Positions 18,490-28,142 of a DNA stretch of 64,000 nt are shown piece after piece (within the stretch, counting starts at the first letter, position 1; each line of letters opens with the position of its first letter). The notes under the pieces were generated by a model that worked only from the letters and a program-made list of their open reading frames with translations, was not told the origin of the DNA and did no database searches. A program made the translations under genes and the position numbers. The stretch covers positions 17,789 through 81,788 of the forward strand of contig JALNYN010000002.1 in assembly GCA_023229825.1 (NCBI GenBank), in the 5' to 3' direction. The stretch comes from Minisyncoccota bacterium (GTDB taxonomy: Bacteria; Patescibacteriota; Minisyncoccia; Phycocordibacterales; CAIJYI01).

Positions 18490-19782
18490 TTACGCCTCCG
18501 CCTTATGTACCTCAAATGCCCAAAGAGATGAGTCTTTTTTGTTGGTAAAATAAATGAAATCCTGAAGCGGTGATATCACAAGCGAGGTCATATCCATAAG
18601 TTCCACCGTGAAACTTGAAGGAACAAGAATAACTACCGACTTCCCCGTGTTTGCATCTACTTGCCAAAGGTTATCTGAAAAAGAAACAGTCCCCTGATAC
18701 CAGGCATCAGGATAGGCGGTTCCGGGAAGATTTTGCGGAGCGGCGCAGTAGATGGTAAGGCTGTCGCTTTTCCATGCGCATTTTTCCGGCAAGGTCTGGA
18801 GGATCAGATTAACGGTAGTATTATTTGAAATATTATGGATACCAAGCGTTAATCCGCCTTTTGTGCTTTCTGAATAAAGAATGCGTTGTCCATCCGTGCT
18901 TGGGAGCGTCGTGAGCCCTTTTTTGTCGCCGAGGATCTTTTTAAGGACCCCGCTTTTTATATCGAATGAGTAAAGAAAACCGGGAACGTTTTGCGATGCT
19001 TTGGTTTGAAGGAGTACGTTTTTTGAGTTAACGGCAACCGGGAGCCATTCGGAAAAAGGAGACTGAAAGACTTGAGATCCGCTATTCTTTTCAAAATTGA
19101 ATATCGATCCAAAAGAATTTCTGTTGCTGAATTCACCAGTTCGCGTCAGATAAAAAGCCGTTTTTTCATCTGCCGATACTTTTAGGTCAGCAATATCCGG
19201 AGGAAGGAACCGTCCATTCGGAACAGATGCGCTGGTGGTAGCGTTATCAGATGATAAAGCGCCGGCTCTCGGGATATCAAGAACGAATGTGGAGATCGTC
19301 TCCCCTTTGCTTTTGAGATAACGCATTACGACCGATCTTCCGCTATTGGCAAACTGCGCTTCATAGATCCTCGGCATTATGGAATGAGAGATCCTGTTCG
19401 TTTGCATATCTTCGAGCCTGGTTTCAAAAACATTACCGGTCTCTTTTTCGACATAATTTACATACTCCTTTCCTGATTTCTGGGTTGCATATGATCCGGC
19501 TACGGCATTTTTGGTGACCTGACGTAAGATCGGAAGATCTTTATTGCCGACATACGCGGGAATATCAGAATTGTTATTTATCACATTTCCCGAAGGAGAG
19601 GTCCCATTGGGGTTAACTTTGGTACTGTCTGAGTTTCCAAAAGGAAAAAATCCATTAGGTTCCTGACCAGTCTCTTTTGGGGTGTTATTTCCGCCCCTCG
19701 TTAAAATGAATGACGCAAGGAAAAAACCGATGGTGATTATTGCGAATATTCCTACGATTATATAAAGCTGTTTTTTTGACAT
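18490..19782 (-). CDS. Membrane-anchored beta-propeller-like protein in the T4SS-like operon
   Basis: N-terminal TM helix; repeats such as LPSTDGQRILY, TLPEKCAW, YPDAWYQG.VSFSD.LW. Confidence 0.7.
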   Translation of the reverse strand: MSKKQLYIIVGIFAIITIGFFLASFILTRGGNNTPKETGQEPNGFFPFGNSDSTKVNPNGTSPSGNVINNNSDIPAYVGNKDLPILRQVTKNAVAGSYATQKSGKEYVNYVEKETGNVFETRLEDMQTNRISHSIMPRIYEAQFANSGRSVVMRYLKSKGETISTFVLDIPRAGALSSDNATTSASVPNGRFLPPDIADLKVSADEKTAFYLTRTGEFSNRNSFGSIFNFEKNSGSQVFQSPFSEWLPVAVNSKNVLLQTKASQNVPGFLYSFDIKSGVLKKILGDKKGLTTLPSTDGQRILYSESTKGGLTLGIHNISNNTTVNLILQTLPEKCAWKSDSLTIYCAAPQNLPGTAYPDAWYQGTVSFSDNLWQVDANTGKSVVILVPSSFTVELMDMTSLVISPLQDFIYFTNKKDSSLWAFEVHKAEA

Positions 19783-19789
19783 ATCCTTT

Positions 19790-20791
19790 TTAGTTATCGT
19801 ATGACATCATAACGTTTTTTGATGCGGTCTGAAGATCATAGCCCAGGTTGTTTATCGCGAGATTCAGCTGAAATCTTCCGCTCCCCTGTTCCGGCTTCCT
19901 GAAAGTGAACTCGGTTTTGTTGTCCGGATCGGTCTCGAGTTTTTTACCGTCAATTTTCCATGAAAAAGAGGCGGTGTTGTTGTTTAATCCCGGAAGTGCA
20001 AAATAGAAAGGCGCGGCGCGAACCGTGAGCTCTTTATCGGTGAACCGAAAAGCTTCACCCAGACTATTTTCAAATCTCATACCTTCGAGCGGTTTGTTCT
20101 GATAAAACACGATCTTCGGTTCGCTGACATAGATCGGGACCTTTTTACTGATCGATAATCCGGTATCCAGTGTGGAAACGGTGACCTCTATTTGGTCTGT
20201 ATTGTAGGTATAGCCGGTTTTGTAAATAAAAATATTTTTTCCATATCCGGAATCATTCGGATTTCCAAAATAGCCGGCTTTCCATTTATAGACGAGATTG
20301 GAGGAATTGTAGTAGCCATCTTGACCGACAAATGATGGAAATGGTACGACGCGCACAGAACCTTGCGACGACGGCAGAGCTTTTCCTTTGTAAAACGGCG
20401 GAACGTACGTATCTGCTTCCCAGAGCACATCAAGATCGGTCGGCGTTATAGTGACCTCTTTGGTTATATTGCCGAATGACGGCGCGTCTGCTGATATTTT
20501 TATGACTGATTGGTTGCCGACATTACCTGTGGTAAAAGTAAAGCTTTTTTTACCCAACCCTGTCAGTTTCATTTGTCCGTCGACATACCAAGTAATGGTA
20601 GTTTTATCGAGATTTACCTGAAAGGACGAAGCATTTACGGTTGTGCTCTGTAATGCTCCCGGAAACTTCGGGGTGTAAGAAAGAGTTATGATATTGCTGC
20701 TTTTTCCCATTATGGAGTCCAGTTGTCCGTATGCGTATCCAAACACGCTAAAAAATACAAGAAACACAAGTGGAAAATATATTTTCTTCAT
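19790..20791 (-). CDS. Secreted Ig-like multi-domain protein
   Basis: Signal peptide from ATG 20791; ITWYVDG, LWEADTYVPPFYKGKALPS, LVYKW, FSWKIDG. Confidence 0.7.
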   Translation of the reverse strand: MKKIYFPLVFLVFFSVFGYAYGQLDSIMGKSSNIITLSYTPKFPGALQSTTVNASSFQVNLDKTTITWYVDGQMKLTGLGKKSFTFTTGNVGNQSVIKISADAPSFGNITKEVTITPTDLDVLWEADTYVPPFYKGKALPSSQGSVRVVPFPSFVGQDGYYNSSNLVYKWKAGYFGNPNDSGYGKNIFIYKTGYTYNTDQIEVTVSTLDTGLSISKKVPIYVSEPKIVFYQNKPLEGMRFENSLGEAFRFTDKELTVRAAPFYFALPGLNNNTASFSWKIDGKKLETDPDNKTEFTFRKPEQGSGRFQLNLAINNLGYDLQTASKNVMMSYDN

Positions 20792-20849
20792 ACCATTATT
20801 ATATAGGAAAAAACATCCGCAAAAAAGCAGGTTATCCACTAGGCGGACG

Positions 20850-21312
20850 AGTATCAGGGATTAGTATCAGTATCAGGGACGACGGACGTCCCACACAATA
20901 CTTATTCCTTTTTTATTTATTCATCGCGGATCTTATCAGACCGGAAATAAGTCGAATAGCGATACGTATGGAATTGTTTATATCATTAAAGTTTTTTTCA
21001 TCCAGATACCCGAGATCTTTTGCTACAAGAAGCTGGCTTTCGACCTCAAGAAGCGATCCTTTTGCGATAGCATAAAACTGAGATTTATCTTTTCCTGAAT
21101 TTCTTCCAAAACCCTCAGCAATATTCGACACTATTGAAACAGAAGCTCTGCGAATTTGATTCGTCAGACCAAACTTTTCATCCGAAGGAAACATTTTTGT
21201 AGTTTTATAAACTAGAATCACTAGTTTTTGTGATTCTTTCCATGCTTCTAAATCTGTAAAATTATGAATAGTCAATTTATCGTCCCTGATACTGATACTA
21301 ATTCCCGATACT
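20850..21312. mobile_element. Four-helix-bundle gene cassette bounded by 33-bp inverted repeats
   Basis: Left arm 20850-20882 agtatcagggattagtatcagtatcagggacga; right arm 21280-21312 is its reverse complement (31/33 match). Confidence 0.7.
20913..21275 (-). CDS. Four helix bundle protein (23S rRNA IVP / Avd-like family)
   Basis: FTDLEAWKES..L...Y..T..FPSDEKFGLTNQIRRASVSIVSNIAEGFGR...F..IAKGSL.EVESQL. Confidence 0.92.
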   Translation of the reverse strand: MTIHNFTDLEAWKESQKLVILVYKTTKMFPSDEKFGLTNQIRRASVSIVSNIAEGFGRNSGKDKSQFYAIAKGSLLEVESQLLVAKDLGYLDEKNFNDINNSIRIAIRLISGLIRSAMNK

Positions 21313-21318
21313 TATGCT

Positions 21319-23130
21319 TTATTGATTCGTCGACTGTTCGGCGTATTCGTTTCTTGATTTTTTGATCGCTAATACTTGCGATGGGTCGGAGGTGATGATC
21401 TGATCCTCTGTGTAAGACGAAATAACCTTAATGGCAACATGTTTTGACCCGGCAAAGAAGATACCCTCTCCTACTCCCGATTCAAGTAAAAGATATTTTT
21501 CCTCATCCGTAAGATTGAAGGTTTTTTGAACGATCTCAACGGAAGACGGGGATTGTTTCATAAGGAATTGCAGCGAGGAGTTCGTTATGATCGGCAAACC
21601 GTACGGACTTCGTAAAAAGTCTTCGACGTCCTGTGTGATCGTGGCGATCCCCAGAAAGTATTTTCTTCCTCTTTTTGCCAAACTAAAGAGAAAAGAAGCC
21701 GTATCTTCGGATTTCATCATCCACCATGCCTCGTCGATAACCATGAGCCGTTTGCGGAGCTCTTTGCGTATGGCACCCCAAATGTAGTGAGTAATGATAT
21801 ACATGGCCACCGGTTTCAGCTCATCTTCCATGTCTCGGACTGAAAAAACGATGAATTTCTTATTGATGTCGATATTCGTCGGCTTGTTGATGAAATTCGA
21901 CCATGTTCCCTTCGTGTATTTTGTGAGGCGCTGAACCAGTGATTCCGCACCATCCATTCCTGTGAGAACCAGCTCAAAGTCGCCCAGGATCGGCGGATCG
22001 ACCTCTGCAAAGTTGGATTCAGCGGTAATATCTTTCATTGCATAGGTTTCCGTAATGGCGCGATCGATGATCGCATCTTCTTCCGGAGTAAGGCCGCTGA
22101 ACATGATACGAAAGAGGCCCACTAGGTTGATGATATGAGACCGAAGAACATCGGACGCTGATTCATCTTCTCTTGGAACGGGAAGATCAAAAGGATTGAT
22201 GTGGTGCCCTGACGTAAGCGAAATATTGAAATATCTGCCGCCGGTAGCCTCCGCCATATATTCATATTCCCTTTCCGGATCGATAACAATGACTTCCGTA
22301 TCGAGCATGAGCGTTCGAAGTATTTCAAGCTTTGTTGTGTAGGATTTACCGGATCCGGACTTCGCAAAGATGATCGAGTTATAGTTTTCGAGAGAAAAAC
22401 GGTCGAATAGAACAAGACTGGAATTGTGTCGATTGACGCCATAGAGAATCCCCTTATCGGAGGTGAGGTCGAAAGAAACGAACGGAAACATGCTCGATAG
22501 AGGCGAAGAATTGAGCTTGGAATGGATCTGGAGGTCGTCTGTTCCGGTCGGTATAACACTATGAAAGCCGATCTCTTGCTGAAAGAGCGCCGGTTTTACA
22601 TAGACGAGCTTTGATTCCAAAAGAGATTTTATCTGAGATTCGAATTTATCCAATTCAGCGTCATCCGATCCATAAATGGTGACATACAGGCCGACATCGT
22701 AGAGTTTTTCCGTCGCCTGCTGCAGTTTGTCGCGCAATTCCTCAAGATCGCGAAAAGCAGTTTCAAGGATCGGATCGCGAACGAAACCTTTTTCTTCCCT
22801 CTCACTGATCTGGCTTTGTACTTCCGTCACCTTTTTCTGGAATTGTTTGAGTACGGTTCCGGTATCGATCGGATGCACGAAGATGGAAATATCGAAAACG
22901 CGGTCAAGATTGATGATCGGAGAGAACCAGCTGTCGGAAAGATAACGAGGATAAGAGATAACAAAGAATGTCCTTGCGATCTTTTCGCCGAGATTCAGCT
23001 GCTTCGGAGTGATCTTGAGCGCGGCCGGAGCGAGCACATCGCGCAGTTCGAGAACGCCGGATTCATATATTTCCTGCGGCAGGATCGGTACGATCTCTTG
23101 TTTATTCGATTTGTTTCCAAAAAATCCCAT
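21319..23130 (-). CDS. VirB4/TraC-family type IV secretion ATPase
   Basis: GILYGVN, IFAKSGSGKS Walker A, VIDPEREY, INPFD, VIDEAW Walker B, KRGRKY, ITQDVEDF; start chosen at ATG 23130 because the longer ORF start lies in a repeat. Confidence 0.9.
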   Translation of the reverse strand: MGFFGNKSNKQEIVPILPQEIYESGVLELRDVLAPAALKITPKQLNLGEKIARTFFVISYPRYLSDSWFSPIINLDRVFDISIFVHPIDTGTVLKQFQKKVTEVQSQISEREEKGFVRDPILETAFRDLEELRDKLQQATEKLYDVGLYVTIYGSDDAELDKFESQIKSLLESKLVYVKPALFQQEIGFHSVIPTGTDDLQIHSKLNSSPLSSMFPFVSFDLTSDKGILYGVNRHNSSLVLFDRFSLENYNSIIFAKSGSGKSYTTKLEILRTLMLDTEVIVIDPEREYEYMAEATGGRYFNISLTSGHHINPFDLPVPREDESASDVLRSHIINLVGLFRIMFSGLTPEEDAIIDRAITETYAMKDITAESNFAEVDPPILGDFELVLTGMDGAESLVQRLTKYTKGTWSNFINKPTNIDINKKFIVFSVRDMEDELKPVAMYIITHYIWGAIRKELRKRLMVIDEAWWMMKSEDTASFLFSLAKRGRKYFLGIATITQDVEDFLRSPYGLPIITNSSLQFLMKQSPSSVEIVQKTFNLTDEEKYLLLESGVGEGIFFAGSKHVAIKVISSYTEDQIITSDPSQVLAIKKSRNEYAEQSTNQ

Positions 23131-23170
23131 ATAAAAAAGTAAAAAGTTAAAAGGTGAAAGTTTTTTCGTT

Positions 23171-23248
23171 GTCATCCCGGGCAACGACCCGGGATCCACG
23201 TTGTTACTGTATTGGACGACGTGGATTCCGGATCAAGTCCGGAATGAC
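23171..23248. repeat. RPE4/REP-like doublet
   Basis: gtcatcccgggcaacgacccgggatccacg ... gtggattccggatcaagtccggaatgac; near-identical to 54547-54619. Confidence 0.8.
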
Positions 23249-23266
23249 GGAATAATAAAGGACGAA

Positions 23267-23917
23267 TTAATGTACATTTTCGAGAGGGATCGGTTTATCG
23301 ACCTCGCCCGGATTAAATATTTTATAAAAAAGTTCGACGATCTCTTCCGTTCCGAGCTGTGCTACGCGTATTCCGAATCGCGATAATCCTTGTTCGATCA
23401 CCGAAACCCTCTGCTCTATTTGTGTCTTGCTTTCTTCGAAGTTCTCCAGCCATTCTTTTGTTTTTGCCGTTGCGGGAGTTCCTCCTCCGGAAGTGAAGCT
23501 CCATTTGCTTTTAACGCTGGAACTTATGTTCGATGCATACGGAACGACCACGAAGAAGCTTTTAGACATAATATTTGTGGAGTCCGTAAAATTCTTAATA
23601 AAGTCGATGTATTCGCGTGTCTGTATCCGCATAAGCTCGTTGATCTGGTCTCTTTCCTTTTCCTCCAAAAACGCGATATACGGGCGAATATCCAAACGGC
23701 GCGATTGAATATAGAATTGGATGGAAAATTCGAGCGAATTGAGAAAATTCTGGAATTGACCGATGATGGCCTCCTGTTCGTCTTGCGATTTAAGCGCTAT
23801 GTTCAAAGAAGAAGTCATAAGAACAGCGCGAAAAGAATTGTCTTTCATGATGACGATCCCGTCGCGTATCTCTTTGATCGGTATGAAGTCTTGAGCTGGT
23901 TTAGATTTTTGAGCCAT
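23267..23917 (-). CDS. TraC/VirB4 N-terminal-like conjugal transfer protein
   Basis: QDFIPIKEIRDGIVI, SSLNIALKSQDEQEAII..FQNFLNSLEF.IQ..IQSRRLDI.PY; lies between prgI and virB4. Confidence 0.78.
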   Translation of the reverse strand: MAQKSKPAQDFIPIKEIRDGIVIMKDNSFRAVLMTSSLNIALKSQDEQEAIIGQFQNFLNSLEFSIQFYIQSRRLDIRPYIAFLEEKERDQINELMRIQTREYIDFIKNFTDSTNIMSKSFFVVVPYASNISSSVKSKWSFTSGGGTPATAKTKEWLENFEESKTQIEQRVSVIEQGLSRFGIRVAQLGTEEIVELFYKIFNPGEVDKPIPLENVH

Positions 23918-23950
23918 GTTTCAATTTAAAAAGTAAAAATGAAAAAGTAG

Positions 23951-24377
23951 ATCGTTAAATGGTTAAATGGTTAAATTGTTGTTTGTAAATTGGATCAGCG
24001 TGTTGATTTCCTTTGAAAGAGAGTTGAGACATTTGTATATTTTATCGTATTCCTCTTTTTTTATTAGTTTTCTGATTTTTGCTTTCTCGTTCCAATCAAG
24101 AGATTCTTTTACGGAACCGCGGCTATAATAGTAAAATTTTATCTTGTCTTTTTTTCCGTATCTTCCAAATCCTTCGGCGATATTAGCTGAAATAGAATCA
24201 ACCGCTCGTACAAACTGTTTTCCAACGGTATCTTTTTCAAAATAACCCCAAGAACAAACAATACCCCATATACAATTGCTTAAAATAAACGATTTTTTGT
24301 ATGCAGAAATGTCATTCAGTGCAAGATATTTTTTATCCATATTTTTCAACCATTTAACAATTTAGCCATTTAACAAT
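23951..24377. mobile_element. Second four-helix-bundle cassette bounded by 31-bp inverted repeats of an 8-nt unit
   Basis: 23951-23981 atcgttaaatggttaaatggttaaattgttg versus reverse complement of 24347-24377 (27/31 match). Confidence 0.68.
23963..24340 (-). CDS. Four helix bundle protein
   Basis: YKKSF.LSN.IW..V..W..FEKDTVGKQFVRAVDSISANIAEGFGRY.KKDKIKFY.YSRGS..E..DW. Confidence 0.9.
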   Translation of the reverse strand: MDKKYLALNDISAYKKSFILSNCIWGIVCSWGYFEKDTVGKQFVRAVDSISANIAEGFGRYGKKDKIKFYYYSRGSVKESLDWNEKAKIRKLIKKEEYDKIYKCLNSLSKEINTLIQFTNNNLTI

Positions 24378-24382
24378 TTTTC

Positions 24383-24853
24383 CTACAAGTCCTTCAATAG
24401 CGGTGCGTGTCCTTTTTCTGATATTTGGGATCTTTTTCCGTATTGGTCTTTATCTTTGATGTCTAAACTCCACGCAAGATCTTTCAGATTGCTTTCCGAT
24501 AAAGGCGGAACATAGGCGCCGTTTACTCCCGAATCTTGCCCTTTCATGGATGAGGAGGAACTTTCCGGTTTTCTGGGTTCTTTTTTCCAGATATAAAGCC
24601 GGGGCGACGAAAAATATGTCAGAAATGCTTCAACCATAAACATGAACGGTTTGTTGTATGGCCGGTAAAAAGCAAGCGCCACCCCGAACGATATCGAGAG
24701 CACAATAAGAGGAAGAGCAAAATATATTTTTAAGTAAGTGTAGGCAAGGTATGAAACAGCCAGACTTCCCAAAATATAGAGAAACTGCTTCATTGTAATA
24801 AATCCGAAGACCTTGTCTTCCACTTCAAGAAATTGAGGTACGTGGTATTGCAT
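24383..24853 (-). CDS. PrgI-family protein (VirB3-like)
   Basis: MQYHVPQFLEVEDKVFGFITMKQFLY, two TM helices, YNKPF, PRLYIWKK. Confidence 0.85.
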   Translation of the reverse strand: MQYHVPQFLEVEDKVFGFITMKQFLYILGSLAVSYLAYTYLKIYFALPLIVLSISFGVALAFYRPYNKPFMFMVEAFLTYFSSPRLYIWKKEPRKPESSSSSMKGQDSGVNGAYVPPLSESNLKDLAWSLDIKDKDQYGKRSQISEKGHAPLLKDL

Positions 24854-24926
24854 AATATTTTCTATACTATAAATATACCACGAAAAACAATACAACCAAA
24901 GTGAATGACGGGGCGGTCGTTGAAAA

Positions 24927-25057
24927 TAGTTAAAAAGTAAAAATGAAAAAGAAAAAACTACAACTAAAAAGTAAAAATTAACACAAAACTCGAGCGAGTG
25001 GTCAATTTTTAATTTTTCCTTATCGTTTTTAATTTTTCGATTTTACTTTTTAGTTTT
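24927..25057. repeat. Hairpin of A-rich 7-nt periodic repeats
   Basis: taaaaag-taaaaat-gaaaaag-aaaaaac-tacaac-taaaaag ... tttttaa-tttttcg-attttac-tttttag. Confidence 0.75.
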
Positions 25058-25480
25058 TTATATTGCCTCCTTATATGGATCGACAGGTTTATTGATCTCG
25101 GCGGGCGCTTGTTCCGGTTTTATTTCAAGCTTTTTTTCTTCCGCTGAGTTTGCTTCCGCGGTCATTTTATGGATCTCCATCAAAGAATGACGGACGTTTT
25201 TGAAGATCTTTTCGTTTATTATGCCGGCGATCTCTTTGGCTGTCGGCGCCGGAATATTAAGTGTTTTTTCTACAATGGAAATGAATTTTTGCGGAGGGGT
25301 GGCTCCCAGCATAAGCATCCCGACTTCCGCCGAAAGATCGCCGACCTGGTCGATGTGAAAATGGTATTTTTCCTGTATTCCCTTAAGAACATCCACGGTA
25401 TCCACCGAAGTCATCGCGTCTTTGACATCGTCGGGAAGCTCCGCGAACATTTTATCGAGTTGAGATTTTGTGTAGGGCAT
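25058..25480 (-). CDS. Hypothetical protein in the T4SS-like operon
   Basis: 140 aa; LPDDVKDA, HIDQVG.L..EVGMLMLG, INEKIF, DPYKE C-terminus. Confidence 0.7.
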   Translation of the reverse strand: MPYTKSQLDKMFAELPDDVKDAMTSVDTVDVLKGIQEKYHFHIDQVGDLSAEVGMLMLGATPPQKFISIVEKTLNIPAPTAKEIAGIINEKIFKNVRHSLMEIHKMTAEANSAEEKKLEIKPEQAPAEINKPVDPYKEAI

Positions 25481-25562
25481 GTTTCAAATTAAAAACTAAA
25501 AATGAAAAAGGAAAAATTGTTTTAAAATTTACTTTTTTCACACCATTCTCTTAACTATTCTG

Positions 25563-25636
25563 TCGCCGGACTGGGGTTGCCACCGCAGCGTGCGGGGTCC
25601 CGCTTGCGAGCGGGATACCCCTATCCGAAAACGTTT
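25563..25636. repeat. RAYT-type REP interrupted by a nested palindromic unit
   Basis: cgccggactggggttgc [caccgcagcgtgcggggtcccgcttgcgagcgggat] acccctatccgaaaacgttt; flanks match the REP at 32301 and the insert matches 36497-36535. Confidence 0.7.
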
Positions 25637-25639
25637 GTG

Positions 25640-28141
25640 TTATTTCTTTCTTTTTCCTTTACCGTCTTCCTTCCAGGTCCATTGAGGTTTTTCTTCCGTG
25701 GTTTTACGGTCTGCCGTTGCATTTTTTGGAGCAAGGTCCAAATATTCTTTTGCTTTCTGGTCAACACCGTTCTTAACGGCTTCTTTTATTTCCGCCCAGT
25801 GCTCGTCGGTAAGATTGAGAGTGTTCGATCTGTTTATCTTTTCCAATTGCGTCTTGGTAAGGTGTTTCGCTACAAGCGGATTAGCGAGATCCTCTTCTTC
25901 TAAGGTCGCTATTCGGTTGTCACCCATTTTTTTAACCAGTTCTGTAACCTCCTCTCTTGTTTTCTCTTGATCCGCTTCGGTAAGAGCGCTATATTTCGCA
26001 AGCTTATCTTTCAGGTCGTTTCTGGCCTCTCGGAATCCTTCTTCTTTTTCGAAGTTTCGTCTTTCTATCTTCGCGGCATCCTGCTGGAGCGGTTTGAGTT
26101 TTGCGAAGACTGCGGTGTTTAGTTCTTTGATCGCTCCGTAATCTGTCGACTTGATCTGTTCCTTAACTTCTTCGAGCTGCTTTTCTATTGCTGTGCGCTC
26201 CTCTGCCCCCAAATTCTTATCGCTCAATTTCTTTTCCTTTTCAGCCACATCGGCTTGCATTGCTTTTACCTCTGACGTTCTCAAGTTTGCTTCGATCTGT
26301 GCGCGTTCCTTCTCTGTCATCCCTTTCAGGACTGCACGCATCTCATCGTCTGTGCGGCCGCGGACCTTATTTCCGTTCGCATCGATCGATTCATTACGCA
26401 AACCGGCAATAAGCGCAGCTTGTTTCTTTGGATCGCCTTCCAGACTCTTGTAACGTTCGACAACCGCCGGGGGCGAGAAGTTTATTTCACCGAGATCAGC
26501 GTTGAGTTGGCGCATGAACTGCTTGTCGTCTCCATCTTTGGCGCTCTCTATCAATTTCAGGCGCTCATTAACCGGCAGCGAAGCCATGATCTTTCTGGTG
26601 GAAACACCGAAGTCAAGCGGATGGGTAGGGCCTTTGCCCATAATATTGGGGCTGTAAACGCTTTTGAGATACGCAATTTTCTGTTGATCGGTTTTAAGGC
26701 TCTGGAATGTTTTGAGTTTTTCATCATCGCCCTCTTTTTGTTTTTGTGCATAGGTTTTAGCGGTACCAACGCCCAAGTTAAGTCCGGCGTTGCCGGCAGC
26801 TTGTTTAAATCCGCCGGTATTTCTGATATCGAAGCTTGAATTTTGCGCCTTATCAAGGGAAGAAAGTGCAAAACGACCAGCTATCGAAGTTTTCATATTA
26901 TCGATCCTGCCCTCTCTTTCCCATTTATCCTGCAGATATTGCGCCGATCTTCCAACACCACCCCTCATTGCCATTGCGCCGAAACCAAGAGCAGCCCCCG
27001 TCCCCATAGAAAGATATTTTGATGCGGCTGCTCCCGCCTGACCCGCCATTCCGGTCGCCATTTTCAGTCCATACATGAGGAATGCTCCGACAATGGCGAT
27101 TTGAAGCATTGCAGGAATAAGTGCGGTAAGCGCCCCTTGTTCGGCATTCGGCGTCCCTGTATTTAAACGAAAAGTCGTACCGGTTGCCTGAACGAGGCGC
27201 GAAGCGATGTAAACAAAAAACAAAAAAGGCGCGGGAAAAAAGACTTGCTTGGTCAGTTCGCTGAGCCATGCGCCGAATTTACTGCTGAACTGCGGAGTGG
27301 CGTAGGAAAAAAATGCCAGCGGTGAAATGATCATCAGCGCCCATATCATGGCAACGCGCCCGATCATGAGGAATGATGCCGCCAGCATGACAAAAATGAA
27401 AATGATCATCAAAACTCCGCACAGAAAATACACAAAAGCGATCCACGCCCAATGATCTTGCGATAAATTGAGATGGACAAGAGCGTCTTGTACCGGAATG
27501 AGAACCGCATGTAAAAAACCGCCGGTAATATTATGCTGCTCAATTCCATTAAAATCGATGTATAAGCCGCTTTCATCAGGAAAGGCATTATAGAATTCGA
27601 TCGCGACCATGTTTCCGACATCGACGATGAACCGGGTAATATACATGCTGAAATTCATGAAAAGCGCAACGACAATGACCGACATAAGGAGTTTTTTGGT
27701 TTGGCCGGACAGTTTCCCTAAGATCGTCATGATGGCGATATAAAGAAGGATGAAAATAAAGAACGTATTGGCGACATCACGACAGATCACCCAGCCGATA
27801 TTGATGAATTGCCGATCGGGAGCAAGATTATCTTGCTGATAACTGCTGCTGTTCAATCCGTACGCAAAGAGGGCGTTACTGGCGAGACTCGCAAATTCTG
27901 CGAGCCACGAAGGTACTTTAATAAAGAGGAAATAGGCACTGTAAACAATAATACAAGGACCCAGGTTGGTAACACAATTAATAAAACCAATAGGGTCTGG
28001 GGCAGCAGTTGAGTTAATACCTTGGGCATGAGCCACGGACTGATCAGGATCCCACGGGGCCGACATCGTAAAAAGAACCGGTGTAATGACAAGAACCAGA
28101 AATATGCGCGCGATTATTCTTTTTACCTTTGATGATAACAT
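25640..28141 (-). CDS. VirB6/TrbL-like polytopic membrane protein with long charged C-terminal extension
   Basis: GWVICRDVANTFFIFILLYIAI, ALFMNFS..ITRF.VD.GN, IISPLAF, several TM helices, coiled-coil tail. Confidence 0.78.
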   Translation of the reverse strand: MLSSKVKRIIARIFLVLVITPVLFTMSAPWDPDQSVAHAQGINSTAAPDPIGFINCVTNLGPCIIVYSAYFLFIKVPSWLAEFASLASNALFAYGLNSSSYQQDNLAPDRQFINIGWVICRDVANTFFIFILLYIAIMTILGKLSGQTKKLLMSVIVVALFMNFSMYITRFIVDVGNMVAIEFYNAFPDESGLYIDFNGIEQHNITGGFLHAVLIPVQDALVHLNLSQDHWAWIAFVYFLCGVLMIIFIFVMLAASFLMIGRVAMIWALMIISPLAFFSYATPQFSSKFGAWLSELTKQVFFPAPFLFFVYIASRLVQATGTTFRLNTGTPNAEQGALTALIPAMLQIAIVGAFLMYGLKMATGMAGQAGAAASKYLSMGTGAALGFGAMAMRGGVGRSAQYLQDKWEREGRIDNMKTSIAGRFALSSLDKAQNSSFDIRNTGGFKQAAGNAGLNLGVGTAKTYAQKQKEGDDEKLKTFQSLKTDQQKIAYLKSVYSPNIMGKGPTHPLDFGVSTRKIMASLPVNERLKLIESAKDGDDKQFMRQLNADLGEINFSPPAVVERYKSLEGDPKKQAALIAGLRNESIDANGNKVRGRTDDEMRAVLKGMTEKERAQIEANLRTSEVKAMQADVAEKEKKLSDKNLGAEERTAIEKQLEEVKEQIKSTDYGAIKELNTAVFAKLKPLQQDAAKIERRNFEKEEGFREARNDLKDKLAKYSALTEADQEKTREEVTELVKKMGDNRIATLEEEDLANPLVAKHLTKTQLEKINRSNTLNLTDEHWAEIKEAVKNGVDQKAKEYLDLAPKNATADRKTTEEKPQWTWKEDGKGKRKK

Positions 28142-28142
28142 T

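Noticed and set aside
23131-23199. N-terminal extension MDPGSLPGMTT of VirB4 in the ORF track
   Set aside because: Derived from the RPE4-like repeat; ATG 23130 is the more plausible start
20913-24340. Four-helix-bundle genes as Avd of a diversity-generating retroelement
   Set aside because: No reverse transcriptase in the window; the duplicated pilin block does not show adenine-specific TR/VR mismatches by eye
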